The position numbers and the translations under genes are program-made. This document shows positions 24,906 to 34,445 of a stretch of 64,000 nt of DNA, piece after piece. Origin of the DNA: a virus; the IMG/VR virus record IMGVR_UViG_2974548309_000001, positions 1-64,000 of that record; one strand, given 5' to 3'. How positions within the stretch are numbered: the first letter of the stretch is position 1; every line of letters starts with the position of its first letter. The notes beneath the pieces are model-generated. The model was given only the letters and a program-made list of their open reading frames with translations. It did no database searches and was not told the DNA's origin.

Positions 24906-25728
24906 TATTCCCGCTGGGGCTATTGTCACGGTAAAGCGTGTTGGCAACACTCCAGGGTATGATGGTCATTCTCTTAGAGCATTCGCTTATTTCGGCGAGC
25001 ACATGCCAGATATTGTTGATACAGTTTTAAGTATCAATAGCATTGCTGACGTGTACCCAGACTTTAGACAAGATTCTAAAGCACCTACTTTTGCACTTAC
25101 CTATCAAGGTACTTATCACACACTGATGGCTAACTGCGGCTTTTCTGAAGAGAAAGCCAAGACAGTTGAACAGAGATACCATGAACTTTATTGGGTCTCT
25201 GATGAATGGGTTAACGATAAGTTAGCTCAAGCCAGTAGAGATGGTTATATCACTGGTGCATTCGGATTAAGGATTCGTACTCCATTAATCAAAAAAGTTG
25301 TTTGGGGAACCAGTAAAACTCCATATGAAGCTAAAGCTGAAGGCAGAACTGCTGGTAATGCTTTAGGTCAATCATGGTGCTTACTGAATAACCGAGCAGC
25401 CAATGAGTTCATGGAACGAGTCTGGAATTCTCCATATGCAGAACTAATCAAGCCATGTGCTCAGATTCATGATGCTCAGTATTATCTGGTTCCAGATGAT
25501 ATTGAGATTGTGAAATGGGTAAATGACAACTTGGTTGAGTGTGTTCAGTGGCAAGACCATCCCGACATTTATCATGATGAAGTGAAACTTGGAGGGGAAC
25601 TCAGTGTCTTCTATCCATCATGGGCTAATGATATCTCCCTTAAGAACGGAGCTTCTATGGAAGATATTCTGAATACATGTGAAGTTGGATTGGATAAGTA
25701 TCTGCACCCGGAGAAATATAAAAAATGA
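24868..25728 (+). CDS. DNA polymerase (family A), C-terminal fragment (motif B 'RQDSKAPTFALTYQG', motif C 'QIHDAQY')
   Basis: Aligns with Pol I 'RRSAKAINFGLIYG' and 'VHDE'. Confidence 0.7.
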   Translation: MQLFETLQKSTLDIPAGAIVTVKRVGNTPGYDGHSLRAFAYFGEHMPDIVDTVLSINSIADVYPDFRQDSKAPTFALTYQGTYHTLMANCGFSEEKAKTVEQRYHELYWVSDEWVNDKLAQASRDGYITGAFGLRIRTPLIKKVVWGTSKTPYEAKAEGRTAGNALGQSWCLLNNRAANEFMERVWNSPYAELIKPCAQIHDAQYYLVPDDIEIVKWVNDNLVECVQWQDHPDIYHDEVKLGGELSVFYPSWANDISLKNGASMEDILNTCEVGLDKYLHPEKYKK

Positions 25729-26030
25729 CAATTTTACAGTCCCCTATTGATAGTGCTCCTGCCATTTTGCAGGAAGCATCCCGTTGTATTGGTGATAGAG
25801 CAAGCGAGCGTGACCAAGAGTCGGAGCGTTCTATGGCTCGTACTGTAGCTGCATTCAATGCGATGTATAACCTAGGTATGACTGTTGAAGCTGGATGGGC
25901 TTTCATGGTCTTACTTAAAATGTCTAGAAGTGTGGGCGGTGGATTTAAAATGGATGATTATATTGATGGTGCCGCATACTTCGCACTAATGGGAGAAGAG
26001 GCACTTCATGAAAGGAATACCACCAGTTGA
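25725..26030 (+). CDS. Hypothetical protein (101 aa)
   Basis: Intact ORF. Confidence 0.5.
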   Translation: MTILQSPIDSAPAILQEASRCIGDRASERDQESERSMARTVAAFNAMYNLGMTVEAGWAFMVLLKMSRSVGGGFKMDDYIDGAAYFALMGEEALHERNTTS

Positions 26031-26526
26031 ATATTTTCATGAAAATTTAATATACGACCCTTTGACTGGATACTTTTATTGGAAAACCAATAGAGTAAAC
26101 GGAAAGGGTAGAGCAGGTGACCGATGTGAACAGCTGGATAGTAAAGGTTACTATCAAATAAAACTCAATGGAGTTAAATATTTAGCTCATAGGGTAGCAA
26201 TATACATGACTGAAAATGTATGGCCTGATGGTCTTATAGACCATAAAGATAGAATTACTACTAACAATGCTTACCTTAATTTAAGAAAAGCATCTCAAAT
26301 GGAAAATGCATTTAACGCTAAGTTAAATAAAGCAAATTCTAGTGGGGTAAAAGGAGTAAGACTACGTAAAGGCAGATACATAACTTATGTAACTAAAGAT
26401 GGTAAACAGTATTCAGCAGGTTCTTTTTCTACTTTAACTGAAGCTGCACAAGCTGTAGCTGAGTTAAGACAAAAATTACATGGTCAGTTTGCTAATCATA
26501 TTCAATTAGAATTACCACTGGAGTAA
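26008..26526 (+). CDS. HNH-AP2 homing endonuclease
   Basis: 'IDHKDRITTNNAYLNLR' is an HNH core. 'GVKGVRLRKGRYITYVTKDGKQYSAGSFSTLTEAAQA' is AP2-like. It is a paralog of the 5640 gene. Confidence 0.7.
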   Translation: MKGIPPVEYFHENLIYDPLTGYFYWKTNRVNGKGRAGDRCEQLDSKGYYQIKLNGVKYLAHRVAIYMTENVWPDGLIDHKDRITTNNAYLNLRKASQMENAFNAKLNKANSSGVKGVRLRKGRYITYVTKDGKQYSAGSFSTLTEAAQAVAELRQKLHGQFANHIQLELPLE

Positions 26527-26528
26527 AA

Positions 26529-27164
26529 ATGCAGGTTAAATTTATTACTGCAACACCAGATGCAGAAAAAATTATTGGATATATTGCTCGTGTATCCAAT
26601 CCTGATAACCAAGAAAATCCTTCAGTAGCAGGCTTACTTAAATATTGTATTGCCCACGCTCATTGGAGTGTGTTTGAACAAGCACACATGACTCTTGAGA
26701 TTGAAACTACTCGTGCCATCTCAGCACAGATTCTTCGTCATCGTAGTTTTACATTTCAAGAATTCAGTCAAAGATACGCGGAAGTAACTGAGTTACCTGT
26801 CGTATTCGACTTACGTTCTCAGGATATGAAGAATCGTCAAAACTCCATAGACAACATTCCTAATGATATTAAAGCCGATTTACAGGCCAAAATTCGTACC
26901 CATCTAGTAAATACTCAACGTTTATATGAAGAGTTGTTATTTCATGGTGTAGCTAAAGAATGTGCTCGTATGGTTTTACCAATGTGCTCTCCTACCAAAA
27001 TTTACATGACTGGTAATGTTCGTAGTTGGATTACATATATCCAACTTCGTAGTGCTAATGGCACTCAAAAAGAACATATGGAAATTGCTTTAGCTGCTAA
27101 AGAAATTTTTAAATCACAGTTTCCTACTATTGCCGAAGCACTCGGCTGGACTAAGGAAGAATAA
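26529..27164 (+). CDS. thyX: Flavin-dependent thymidylate synthase ThyX
   Basis: The ThyX signature 'RHR-x7-S-x-R-Y' is present as 'RHRSFTFQEFSQRY'. Confidence 0.75.
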   Translation: MQVKFITATPDAEKIIGYIARVSNPDNQENPSVAGLLKYCIAHAHWSVFEQAHMTLEIETTRAISAQILRHRSFTFQEFSQRYAEVTELPVVFDLRSQDMKNRQNSIDNIPNDIKADLQAKIRTHLVNTQRLYEELLFHGVAKECARMVLPMCSPTKIYMTGNVRSWITYIQLRSANGTQKEHMEIALAAKEIFKSQFPTIAEALGWTKEE

Positions 27165-27165
27165 T

Positions 27166-27804
27166 ATGTCTACTCGTTTAACTAATGATGCTCGTGACAA
27201 AATCGTTGCTGCTGCAATGGAAAAATCTGGATTTCCTAAGCGTTTAAAAGAAGCCAGACAGAATGTAGAAAAGATTAAAATGGAATGTTTAATCGCTGCA
27301 TTTGGTGGGCTGAAAGCTTATCGTCGTCTCTGCGACAGATTCAATACTATCCAAGAGAAAGTCCAATCCTTAAAGGATGAAGGTATCTTGGTTAGAGACC
27401 CAAGAGATTACAGCACATGGAATGCTGACAAGATTAATATTGCAGGGATGAACGTACAGTATCCGTGTCAAACTGTTTTATCCTTAGAAGAGTTTAAAGG
27501 ACTTAAGTTTATCCGTCTTCATAATGGTAATAAGCCTACTCTAACCGCTGATAACCCATTGGTTCAGAAGTTCCTTGATGCAGAGAAAGTCGTAGAAGAA
27601 TTAGATTCTTCTGCTAGAAGCATCAAAGAAAACGTTAAAGCAGTAGTTTACTCTGTATCTACTACTAAACGTCTGGTTGAAGTATGGCCTGAAGCAGCAG
27701 AGCTGATTCCAACTGATATCGAAGTAGTCCGTGCTGGATTACCTGCAATTGACTTCGCTAATCTGAATGCCTCTATTGGCATCCCTTCTGAGAAGAAGGC
27801 GTAA
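27166..27804 (+). CDS. Hypothetical protein (212 aa)
   Basis: ORF; first ATG of track ORF 27130..27804. Confidence 0.5.
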   Translation: MSTRLTNDARDKIVAAAMEKSGFPKRLKEARQNVEKIKMECLIAAFGGLKAYRRLCDRFNTIQEKVQSLKDEGILVRDPRDYSTWNADKINIAGMNVQYPCQTVLSLEEFKGLKFIRLHNGNKPTLTADNPLVQKFLDAEKVVEELDSSARSIKENVKAVVYSVSTTKRLVEVWPEAAELIPTDIEVVRAGLPAIDFANLNASIGIPSEKKA

Positions 27805-27806
27805 TC

Positions 27807-28793
27807 ATGAAACTGACCAACAACACTAACATCGCTTTATCGATGGCAGTTTGGTTGGCGACGGACGATTACGACTACGTTGAGAAACCAAACTACATCT
27901 CTGCAACTAGCTTATTGAAGAGTGTTCGTCAGCTAACGTTAATGAAGCGTCTCACAGGCACTACAGACGTTGCTGTGGACATATCCTCACAAATCCCTAA
28001 CCGGATGGGTTCAGCCTTCCACGATGCGATTGAGAGAGCCTGGAAAGGTAATTATCGAGAATCGCTAAAAGCTCTTGGTTATCCCAAGAGAGTTATTGAT
28101 GCGATTCGTATCAATCCAAGTGAAGAAGAACTGAATGACGATATCATTCCAATCTGGTTAGAAACTCGTATTGAAAAGGAATTCAGAGGTTGGACCATTG
28201 GAGGTAAGTTCGACATGGTAATGGAGTATCGTCTGAGGGACGTTAAGTCCACCAGCGTATTCACTTACACGAACAAGTCCAATGACGAGAAGTTCAGAAT
28301 GCAGGGTAGTATTTACCGCTGGCTTAACCCAGAGAAAATCAAGCATGACCACATGTACATTGATTATCTCTTCGTTGATTGGTCTGCAAACCAAGCCAGA
28401 AGTAATAAGGATTATCCTCAACAGAAGATTTTAGAATATCCATTGCAGTTGAAATCTGTACAGGAAACGGAGCAGTATATCGCCTCCAAGTTGTCTGCGT
28501 TAGAACGATACAAAGACACTCCTGAACCAGAGCTTCCTGAATGTACAGATGAAGAGTTATGGCGTACAGAACCTAAGTATAAGTACTACAAAAATCCTCA
28601 GAAGATGGGGCGTAGTACCAGTAACCATGACAATCTCCATGATGCCAACCTAGCTTTAGCGAAAGATGGTGGAGTAGGGATTGTGGTCACAATACCGGGC
28701 GAAGTGAAAGCGTGTAGATTCTGTAGTGTCTACGCAAGTTGTACTCAGAAAGATAAGTATCTGGCATCAGGTGAACTTAATATTTCAGATTGA
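27807..28793 (+). CDS. Putative nuclease with C-terminal Cys cluster (possible PD-(D/E)xK / Cas4-like fold)
   Basis: The C-terminal 'CRFCSVYASC' cluster and a D..E.K-like segment support a nuclease. The functional call is weak. Confidence 0.35.
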   Translation: MKLTNNTNIALSMAVWLATDDYDYVEKPNYISATSLLKSVRQLTLMKRLTGTTDVAVDISSQIPNRMGSAFHDAIERAWKGNYRESLKALGYPKRVIDAIRINPSEEELNDDIIPIWLETRIEKEFRGWTIGGKFDMVMEYRLRDVKSTSVFTYTNKSNDEKFRMQGSIYRWLNPEKIKHDHMYIDYLFVDWSANQARSNKDYPQQKILEYPLQLKSVQETEQYIASKLSALERYKDTPEPELPECTDEELWRTEPKYKYYKNPQKMGRSTSNHDNLHDANLALAKDGGVGIVVTIPGEVKACRFCSVYASCTQKDKYLASGELNISD

Positions 28794-30964
28794 GGAATCC
28801 AATGTTTGATTTATCATCTGCGACTTATCACCCTATCACTGAACAGATTGTTGATGTGCTTTGCAAGAAGACACTTAACAACAACCGTCTATTCTTTAGG
28901 GTACAGGTAAGTTACTTCTTAGCTAAGATGGCATCTAACATGCGTTGCACGTTGGATACACTGGATAGAGGAAAACTTCCTGTAAACGTCTATGTCCTGA
29001 ACTTAGCCCCATCTGGTTCAGGTAAAGGGCATTCAACCAACATCATCGAAGGACAATTCTTAAGCCAGTTTAAGAAGACATTTCTCAATGATACTTTTCC
29101 ATTTGTAGCTCAACAGAACCTTGTTGATATAGCTGCTCAGAGAGCTGCTAAAAATGGTACAGACCCAGCAGATGAACTGGTTAAAGTTGAGAAGGAGTTC
29201 GCCTCAACTGGTGCATTAGCCTATTCATTTGATAGTGGTACTGTGCCTGCTCTCAAGCAGTTACGCCATAAACTGCTGTTAGCTAATGCTGGTGCAGCAT
29301 CTTTCGAGTGCGATGAATTAGGTAAGAACCTGATTGCTAATACCGACCTGTTAACTGCATTCCTTGAGTTGTATGACCAAGGACAGATTAAACAGAAGTT
29401 AATCAAGAACACAGCAGACTCACAGAGGGCAGAAGAGCTGGAGGGTAAAACTCCATCTAACATGCTTATGTTCGGTACACCAAGTAGTTTGCTGAATGGT
29501 GGTAAAGAAGAAGATGAGTTCTATGCTCTGCTAGAAGCAGGGTATGCGAGACGTTGTCTGTTTGGATATTCTCGTAAAGAGGATTTCGAAGCAGAGATGA
29601 CTCCTGAACAAATCTTCGACATGCTTACTGACTCTACCTCCAATGCCACTGTGGTGAGACTATCTCAACATTTCGGTATGTTGGCAGATGCGGTTAAGTT
29701 TAACCAACATATTATGGTTAACAGAGATGTGAGCATTAAGCTCATTGCCTACAAACTTCACTGTGAGCAGTTAGCTGATAAACTCCCTGACCACGAAGAG
29801 ATTCGTAAAGCAGAACTACGTCACAGATACTTTAAAGCACTCAAGTTATCTGGGGTGTATGCATTTGTTGACGAGACTACAGAAGTAACAGAATCACAGC
29901 TCATGTCTGCGATTAAGTTAGTCGAAGAGTCTGGTGAAGCTTTTAACAGAATTCTCAGTCGTGAGAAGAACTATGTGAAGTTAGCCAACTACATTGCAGA
30001 AGTAGGCAAGGAAGTAACTCATGTAGATTTGGTAGAGGACTTACCATTCTACAAAGGTAGTAACTCTCAGAAGCAAGAGCTAATGAATTTAGCCATTGCT
30101 TATGGCTATAAGCATCACATTATCATCAAGAAAACATTCATTGATGGTATCGAGTTCTTCAAGGGTGAAGCTCTTAAGCCAACATCACTTGATAAACTTA
30201 TGGTGAGTTACAGCGGTCATGTGGCATATGACTACCTGTCTGAACAAATCTCCTTTGAGAATCTGATGCAGTTATGTCAGATGGAAGATATGCATTGGAT
30301 TAACCATGCACTACTCAAAGGTAATGTCGGTAATGGTCATAGGGATGGAAGCAATATCATTCCGGGATTCAACGTTGTAGTTATTGATGTTGATGGAGGA
30401 ACTTCATTGGAAGAAGTTAAGGTGTTGATGAAAGACTATATGTATTTCATTCATACAACCAAGCGCCATCAGACCGAAGGATACGGTGACCGGTTCAGAC
30501 TCATTATGCCAATCAATTATCATCTGAAACTCGATGAGAATGAATTCAGAGAATTCATGAACAACATCTTTGAATGGTTACCGTTCTCTGTAGATGAACA
30601 AACCAGTCAACGTTGCAGGAAGTGGTCTACCCATCCGGGTGAAACTTTTTTCAATGAAGGTGAAGTTCTTGATGCATTAGCGTTCATTCCGAAGACTAGT
30701 AAGAATGATGAATTGAAAAAGACTATGGTTGATTTGAGTAATCTCGACAACCTTGAACGTTGGTTTGCCCAACGTATGGGGTCAGGAAATCGCAACAATC
30801 AGCTGCTGAAATTTGCTATGATGTTAGCTGATACAGGCATGAACTATCAGTCTATCCTGGATAAGGTACTTGGCTTCAATGCCAAGCTGGATAATGGACT
30901 TCCAGAGATTGAGATCCATAGTACTATCATGCGTAGCGTAAGTAAGAAAATCTCTGAGAAATAG
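28790..30964 (+). CDS. Large replication-associated protein (724 aa) with P-loop 'APSGSGKGHS' and a possible primase-polymerase-like 'VVVIDVDGG' motif
   Basis: Both motifs are read from the translation. Assigning a replicative primase/helicase role relies on N4 gene order. Confidence 0.45.
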   Translation: MRNPMFDLSSATYHPITEQIVDVLCKKTLNNNRLFFRVQVSYFLAKMASNMRCTLDTLDRGKLPVNVYVLNLAPSGSGKGHSTNIIEGQFLSQFKKTFLNDTFPFVAQQNLVDIAAQRAAKNGTDPADELVKVEKEFASTGALAYSFDSGTVPALKQLRHKLLLANAGAASFECDELGKNLIANTDLLTAFLELYDQGQIKQKLIKNTADSQRAEELEGKTPSNMLMFGTPSSLLNGGKEEDEFYALLEAGYARRCLFGYSRKEDFEAEMTPEQIFDMLTDSTSNATVVRLSQHFGMLADAVKFNQHIMVNRDVSIKLIAYKLHCEQLADKLPDHEEIRKAELRHRYFKALKLSGVYAFVDETTEVTESQLMSAIKLVEESGEAFNRILSREKNYVKLANYIAEVGKEVTHVDLVEDLPFYKGSNSQKQELMNLAIAYGYKHHIIIKKTFIDGIEFFKGEALKPTSLDKLMVSYSGHVAYDYLSEQISFENLMQLCQMEDMHWINHALLKGNVGNGHRDGSNIIPGFNVVVIDVDGGTSLEEVKVLMKDYMYFIHTTKRHQTEGYGDRFRLIMPINYHLKLDENEFREFMNNIFEWLPFSVDEQTSQRCRKWSTHPGETFFNEGEVLDALAFIPKTSKNDELKKTMVDLSNLDNLERWFAQRMGSGNRNNQLLKFAMMLADTGMNYQSILDKVLGFNAKLDNGLPEIEIHSTIMRSVSKKISEK

Positions 30965-31014
30965 CCTCTGCCAAGAGGCTTTATAGTCTTTACTCCAATC
31001 CATCAGGAGAAACA

Positions 31015-31746
31015 ATGTCAGAACCAATCAAAGACCTGCTACTCATTGCAGGCGCATCGTCATCTGGTAAATCTGCATCGTTGATGACGTTGCCTGACCA
31101 TCCGGGTGTAATGTATCTGAACTGTGAATCAGGTAAGCGTCTGCCATTTCCAAACAAGTTTGACAGGTATGTAATCACAGACCCACTTCAAGTGTATGAG
31201 GCATTTGATGCAGCAGAGAATATGCCACATATTCATACCATTGTTGTGGATTCCATTACATTCCTGATGGATATGTTTGAGTCACTTTATGTAGTGAACT
31301 CAACCAATACCATGAAAGGATGGGCGGACTATAACCAGTTCTTCAAGAATCTGATGCAGGACAAGGTAGCTAAGTCTACCAAACGAGTAATCTTTACTGC
31401 TCATACCTTATCTCAACTCAATGAGAATGAGATGGTCATTGAGACCAAAATCCCTGTTAAAGGTGCTCTTAAGAACCAAGGTATTGAAGCGTACTTTACC
31501 TGTATTGTTTATGCCAAAAAGATTCAACTGAAGCACCTCAAGAATTATGAAAATGATTTATTGGTGGTGACTCCAGAAGAAGAAATGCTTGGCTTCAAAC
31601 ATGTGTTCCAAACCAGTATCACTAAAGATACGGTTCATGAACGCATTCGTTCTCCACGCTTTATGTGGAAAACAGCTGAGACGTTCATCGATAACGATGC
31701 AATGAAAGTGTTAAATCGAATCAAAGAATTCTACGAAGAAGATTAA
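31015..31746 (+). CDS. RecA-like P-loop ATPase (Sak4 / AAA_24-like recombination ATPase)
   Basis: Walker A 'GASSSGKS' and Walker B 'TIVVDSITFL'; size about 240 aa. Confidence 0.5.
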   Translation: MSEPIKDLLLIAGASSSGKSASLMTLPDHPGVMYLNCESGKRLPFPNKFDRYVITDPLQVYEAFDAAENMPHIHTIVVDSITFLMDMFESLYVVNSTNTMKGWADYNQFFKNLMQDKVAKSTKRVIFTAHTLSQLNENEMVIETKIPVKGALKNQGIEAYFTCIVYAKKIQLKHLKNYENDLLVVTPEEEMLGFKHVFQTSITKDTVHERIRSPRFMWKTAETFIDNDAMKVLNRIKEFYEED

Positions 31747-31755
31747 GGATAAAAT

Positions 31756-32496
31756 ATGTCTCTGTTAAATAATCTGACTACCAAAGCTGGCGTTGAAGGT
31801 GAGAAAGATATGCTTGGTGGAGGCGGTGCATTAGACTCTGCCATTTATCCAAGTACAGTCAAAGTAGGCTATCTGTCTAAATCAGGCGGTGGTGCTTTAG
31901 CTCTGAACGTCATTCTTGATATCAATGGTAAAGAAGTACGTCAGCAGCTCTGGATGACCTCTGGTGATGCCAAAGGTAATAAGAATACCTACATCGATAC
32001 TCGTACTAATAAAGAACATTATTTGCCAGGCTTTATCACTGCCAATAGCTTAGCTCTGCTTACTGTAGGTAAAGAAATTGGTGAATGTGAGCTGGAGAAG
32101 AAAGTCATCAAACTGTATGACTTTGATGCCAAAGGTGAAGTCCCAACAGAAGTTGAAGTATTTGTTGAACTGACTGGTCAACAGATTCTCACTGGTCTGC
32201 AACGCATCACCGTAGACAAGAATGTTGATTCAGGTGAAGTTGATTCCAATGGTAAGAAAATTTATGTGCCATCTGGTGAGACTCGTGACATTAATGAAAT
32301 CAACAAATTCTTCCGTGCAGACGATGGTCTGACCGTTCCTGAAATTGAAGCTCAGGTAACTGAAGCTAAATTCAAGAACGATTGGGAGAACAAGTTTGCT
32401 GGTAAAATCATCAACAGAGCCAAAGGCTTAGATGGTGTGAAAGCAGGTGCTCCATCAGCTGCTAAGCAACCAACCAAATCTTTGTTCTCTAAATAA
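31756..32496 (+). CDS. Putative single-stranded DNA-binding protein (N4 SSB-like position)
   Basis: Gly-rich N-terminus, followed by a strong terminator. The position mirrors the N4 SSB after the recombination genes. The call is positional. Confidence 0.35.
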   Translation: MSLLNNLTTKAGVEGEKDMLGGGGALDSAIYPSTVKVGYLSKSGGGALALNVILDINGKEVRQQLWMTSGDAKGNKNTYIDTRTNKEHYLPGFITANSLALLTVGKEIGECELEKKVIKLYDFDAKGEVPTEVEVFVELTGQQILTGLQRITVDKNVDSGEVDSNGKKIYVPSGETRDINEINKFFRADDGLTVPEIEAQVTEAKFKNDWENKFAGKIINRAKGLDGVKAGAPSAAKQPTKSLFSK

Positions 32497-32505
32497 TAAA
32501 AAATA

Positions 32506-32530
32506 AGCCCACTACGGTGGGCTTTTAAAT
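32506..32530 (+). terminator. Intrinsic terminator agcccac-tacg-gtgggct + tttaaat
   Basis: Perfect 7-bp stem. Confidence 0.55.
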
Positions 32531-32774
32531 GGGCGTTCTTATGACTATCAAAGTAAGGGTGTTCCAAAATGTCTCTGGTACAGCATACCAGAAGTTATCT
32601 CATAAAATCATTCAAGGAATTATTGATAATCCAGATGATAAAGAGATTGATGTTCTTCTGACTGGTTGGGAACACGCTTCCTCTAAGTCACTTATGAGAA
32701 CGCATGTACTAAAGCAACTCGAATGGTTTAAGTCTCAGGGTTACACTGTCATTTTTAATGACACGAGACTTTAA
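32529..32774 (+). CDS. Hypothetical protein (81 aa)
   Basis: Intact ORF. Confidence 0.45.
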   Translation: MGVLMTIKVRVFQNVSGTAYQKLSHKIIQGIIDNPDDKEIDVLLTGWEHASSKSLMRTHVLKQLEWFKSQGYTVIFNDTRL

Positions 32775-32777
32775 TTC

Positions 32778-33188
32778 ATGCATAAACTTATCGCACCTCT
32801 CCGAGTACATAAATCCAAGAACAAACTATTCAGTCTTAACCTGAATACCTACAGGAATGAGAATAGATTTGCATTGGATACTGCCAAAGTTAACTTCAAA
32901 AAGATTATGGAAGAGCAGATTTTACAGCTGCCAACCTTTCAGAAGGTTCGTATTACATATGTCTTTTATCCAGGTACACGTCACTTAAGTGATATTGGTA
33001 ATGCATGTTCCGTTGTCGATAAGTTTTTTGCAGATGCTCTAGTAGAACTAGGGAAACTCCCAGATGACAATTATCTTTATGTTCCTGAATTGGCTTTTCG
33101 GTTTGGGTCTATAGACCGAGAGAAGCCAAGAGTAGAAATCTTTATTGAGGAAATTAATTATCATGCAGATAACTTTAAACCAAGATGA
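32778..33188 (+). CDS. RusA-like Holliday-junction resolvase (tentative)
   Basis: 'DIGNACSVVDKFFADALVELGKLPDDNYL' resembles the RusA 'D.DN..K..DAL...G...DD..I' catalytic segment. Confidence 0.4.
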   Translation: MHKLIAPLRVHKSKNKLFSLNLNTYRNENRFALDTAKVNFKKIMEEQILQLPTFQKVRITYVFYPGTRHLSDIGNACSVVDKFFADALVELGKLPDDNYLYVPELAFRFGSIDREKPRVEIFIEEINYHADNFKPR

Positions 33189-33600
33189 AATTCTGGAAGC
33201 TCTGAAAGACTATGCTTTCCGTGTTATCAACGTAGCTCCAGGTAACGATATCACTATCGACCTGAAAGCAGGTCGTGGTGAGAATGGTTATTCAGCAACT
33301 TTGGATATCGTTCCACAGAAGCTGACTGAATCTCATGTACCAACCCAAGCATATAACCGCACAGAGAAATCTGAAGGTAGTGTAGGGCTTCGTACAGAGG
33401 TCATGGAGCGTACAGTTGAACCTCGTCATGGAATTATGAGGGCAGAGGCTGTAGAGGCTCCTGCGGAGCTTCCAGTGGTTGGTGAAGATGTAATTGATAC
33501 CAAACCACTGGAAGAGCCTCAGACTCAAGACGATGCTAACCCGGATGTAGATGCATACTTAGAAGGCCAGAAAACTCGTTCTCTGTTCGCTCGCACCTGA
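33163..33600 (+). CDS. Hypothetical acidic protein (145 aa)
   Basis: Intact ORF. Confidence 0.45.
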   Translation: MQITLNQDEILEALKDYAFRVINVAPGNDITIDLKAGRGENGYSATLDIVPQKLTESHVPTQAYNRTEKSEGSVGLRTEVMERTVEPRHGIMRAEAVEAPAELPVVGEDVIDTKPLEEPQTQDDANPDVDAYLEGQKTRSLFART

Positions 33601-33613
33601 TTAAGGAGCCAAG

Positions 33614-33766
33614 ATGAAAGCACTTAAAGCTGCTTTCATTACTGCTCTCATAGTAGGGGTCTTTTTTGCATGGCCCCTAGTTCTGACAGTTGCTGTGATA
33701 GCAGGCATATTCTGGTTCATCTATATGGCACTTAATCAACAGGACGACGACAAACCTCAAGGATGA
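33614..33766 (+). CDS. Small membrane peptide (50 aa)
   Basis: AGGAG RBS and a single TM helix. Below the track cutoff. Confidence 0.3.
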   Translation: MKALKAAFITALIVGVFFAWPLVLTVAVIAGIFWFIYMALNQQDDDKPQG

Positions 33767-33779
33767 GGTTGGAGATAAT

Positions 33780-34013
33780 ATGTTTACTCTCTGGTTTTTA
33801 ATTGGCTTATGCGTAACTCTTTACATTCTTTATATCCGAGATGGAAATAAGGTTAATGAAAAGAGAAGCAAGTTAAGAGAATGCTTTGATGATGATGGAG
33901 TTTATTGCGCCATCCTAATCCCAGCATACTTAACTTGGTTATGCATCTTCGCAGTATTCTGGCCTTTAGTTGTATACGCAGTGTACTTCTACAAAGGTAA
34001 AGATAAGGTATAA
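33780..34013 (+). CDS. Small two-TM membrane protein (77 aa)
   Basis: Hydrophobic ORF. Confidence 0.45.
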   Translation: MFTLWFLIGLCVTLYILYIRDGNKVNEKRSKLRECFDDDGVYCAILIPAYLTWLCIFAVFWPLVVYAVYFYKGKDKV

Positions 34014-34016
34014 CAA

Positions 34017-34409
34017 ATGGCTGTTACTGTTACTCCCCAAAGTATTGAAGATAAAATTGCAGGGGTTTACTACTTAAATGTAGGTACTGCACTTGCTGCT
34101 GTGAATCATACTGTTATTTCACAACGACAAGAAATCAATCCTAACCATGCGGTAGAGTTAGGTTTAGTTACTATCTGCATCATAGTTTTAGAGAATGGTT
34201 ACAAGGTTGAAGGCACTTCAGCTTGTGTTGACCCTAATCTTTATGATGAAGAAAAAGGACGTAAAGCTGCATACGAAAATGCTTTTGAAAAGATTTGGCA
34301 GCTAGAGGGTTATCTGCTTAAAGAATCTCTGCATGAAGCCAAACAAACTCAGGCACAGTTAGCAGACTTTAGTCTTGATGATTGTGAAGGCGGAGCCTGT
34401 AAAATTTAA
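34017..34409 (+). CDS. Hypothetical protein (130 aa)
   Basis: Intact ORF, the last rightward gene before the convergent terminator. Confidence 0.5.
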   Translation: MAVTVTPQSIEDKIAGVYYLNVGTALAAVNHTVISQRQEINPNHAVELGLVTICIIVLENGYKVEGTSACVDPNLYDEEKGRKAAYENAFEKIWQLEGYLLKESLHEAKQTQAQLADFSLDDCEGGACKI

Positions 34410-34416
34410 ATAAAGC

Positions 34417-34445
34417 CCCATCCTTGGGGCTTTTTCTTTTAGTAC
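34417..34445. terminator. Bidirectional terminator aagcccca-tcc-ttggggctt flanked by A- and T-runs, between convergent rightward middle genes and the leftward vRNAP gene
   Basis: Perfect 9-bp stem with T-runs on both strands. Confidence 0.65.
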
